From Burkholderiaceae bacterium (GTDB lineage: Bacteria; Pseudomonadota; Gammaproteobacteria; Burkholderiales; Burkholderiaceae_C): 42,428 nucleotides of DNA. Shown piece by piece: positions 41,328 to 42,428 of this stretch (the stretch's first letter is position 1; every line of letters begins with the position of its first letter). The DNA lies in contig DATIFD010000606.1 of the NCBI GenBank assembly GCA_035455385.1, forward strand, positions 1-42,428, given 5' to 3'. The position numbers and the translations under genes are program-made. The notes beneath the pieces were generated by a model. The model did not search any database, was not told the origin of the DNA, and worked only from the letters and a program-made list of their open reading frames with translations.

Positions 41328-42428
41328 ATGAAGTTGCCTCGCGCGCTCGCCGTGCTCGGCCTGTGGGCTGCATCGGCCTCGCCGGCCGCCACGTTGACCG
41401 TCACCGATGCCGCCGGCCAGCCGCTCGCCACGGCGATGGTGCGCGAAGTGGCGGCCAAGCCGCACGCGCTCGACACGTCGGACGACGGCTATCCCGCGCC
41501 GGGCCACGCGCGCACGGTCGACGTCGACATCACCCGCTTCACCGATGCCGCGGGCCGCGCGAGCTGGCCGCCGCGCGGCGTCGCGGTGAAGTACCTGGTG
41601 CGCAAGCCCGGCTACCGCGATGCGAGCGTCGAAGTCGCATTGGGGCAGACCGTCGCCAGCGTGACGCTGCAGCGCGAGACGGACCCCAAAGAATTGGCCG
41701 AGGCCAAGCCCGCCAACGTGTGGCTCGGTGCGCTCGACCTGGGCGACGCTGCGCGCAAGCGCCACTTCCAGCTGCAGTGCGGCTTCTGTCACCAGCAGGG
41801 CAACGCCTTCATCCGGCGCGAGCGCCCCGCCGACGAATGGCGCGGGCTCATCCAGCGCATGGTGCGCTACGGCTCGCGGCTGTCCAGCGCCGACGAAAAG
41901 GTGTTGCCCGAGATGCTGCACGCGGGCTGGCGCAAGCTGCGCGACGACCCGTCGCTGCTGGCCGAGCCGGCGCCGTGGGACCCGGCCCTGGCAGACACCA
42001 CCATCACCGAGTGGCCGATCGGCAATGCGATGTCGCAGACGCACGACCAGCTGCTCGCGGCCGACGGCCAGGTCTATGTTGCCGACAACATCCAGGACCG
42101 GCTGTACCAGATCGACCCACGCACCAACGCGGTCACGGTGCACAAGATCCCGCACCGCGACGGCGACGCGCCGGGCGGCCTGCTGGCGGCACGGCTGAAG
42201 GACTTTCCGCGCCACGACAGCACCTCGAATGCGCACTCGCTGGCGCAGTCGGCACGCGACGGGCACATCTTCATCACGCCGTCGGCGCAGCAGCGGCTGG
42301 TCGAGTTCGACCCCAGGACGCGGGCCTTCACGCTGCACGACATCGGCGGCGGTTTCTACCCGCACACGATCCGCATCGATGCACAAGACCGGGTGTGGTT
42401 CACGCTCGCGCTGTCGAACCAGATCGCG
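41328..42428 (+). CDS. secreted protein with a c-type haem-binding motif and Vgb (streptogramin-lyase)-like beta-propeller repeats (5' part; continues beyond the window)
   Basis: This ORF is absent from the ORF track because it has no stop in the window. I translated it by hand from ATG 41328, which has GGAGGG upstream. It begins MKLPRALAVLGLWAASASPAA (signal peptide), then TLTVTDAAGQPL (CarboxypepD_reg-like), then LQCGFCHQQGN (CxxCH at 41778-41792), then repeats such as DGQVYVADNIQDRLYQIDPRTN and DGHIFITPSAQQRLVEFDPRT. The frame stays open to nt 42428. Confidence 0.7.
   Translation, partial: MKLPRALAVLGLWAASASPAATLTVTDAAGQPLATAMVREVAAKPHALDTSDDGYPAPGHARTVDVDITRFTDAAGRASWPPRGVAVKYLVRKPGYRDASVEVALGQTVASVTLQRETDPKELAEAKPANVWLGALDLGDAARKRHFQLQCGFCHQQGNAFIRRERPADEWRGLIQRMVRYGSRLSSADEKVLPEMLHAGWRKLRDDPSLLAEPAPWDPALADTTITEWPIGNAMSQTHDQLLAADGQVYVADNIQDRLYQIDPRTNAVTVHKIPHRDGDAPGGLLAARLKDFPRHDSTSNAHSLAQSARDGHIFITPSAQQRLVEFDPRTRAFTLHDIGGGFYPHTIRIDAQDRVWFTLALSNQIA

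Overview
This is a high-G+C chromosomal segment, roughly 68-70% by eye. It most resembles a Burkholderiales-type betaproteobacterium, based on DUF4124/DUF4148-like small secreted proteins, TRAP and PF04392-type binding proteins, and strong GC3 codon bias. I read about 35 densely packed protein genes. All are on the + strand except the glgC-glgA-pgm operon. I saw no rRNA, tRNA, CRISPR array, transposase, integrase or recognisable defence gene, and no transcription-factor gene anywhere in the 42 kb.

Gene blocks:
1. 1-6873: reductive pyrimidine catabolism (preA 3' end, dihydropyrimidinase, carbamoyl-amidohydrolase) plus a NitT/TauT-type ABC importer.
2. 6906-9776: acyl-CoA dehydrogenase, a PECR-like SDR and a secreted SRPBCC protein.
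3. 10060-17383: TRAP transporter, Tam-like methyltransferase, family-III CoA-transferase, crotonase and a CMLE-like lyase.
4. 17482-28095: glycogen locus, with glgC-glgA-pgm divergent from glgP-glgX-malQ.
5. 28205-33259: TerB-like protein, a second DUF3417-type alpha-glucan phosphorylase and ppsA.
6. 33290-36227: a lower-G+C islet with a Lar-like zinc-ribbon ORF, an orphan ABC binding protein and three small secreted proteins.
7. 36542-42428: a stand-alone AceE-type E1, a BASS transporter, an NAD-epimerase and a secreted CxxCH/beta-propeller protein that runs off the window.

I do not see a convincing new defence or mobile system. The best candidates for undescribed biology are metabolic:
- The TRAP/Tam/CoA-transferase/crotonase/CMLE-like operon, which could be a trans-aconitate/itaconate-type pathway.
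- The TerB-like/phosphorylase-2/ppsA unit.
- The orphan E1 plus BASS pair.

All functional calls come from motif recognition on the supplied translations. No database search was run.
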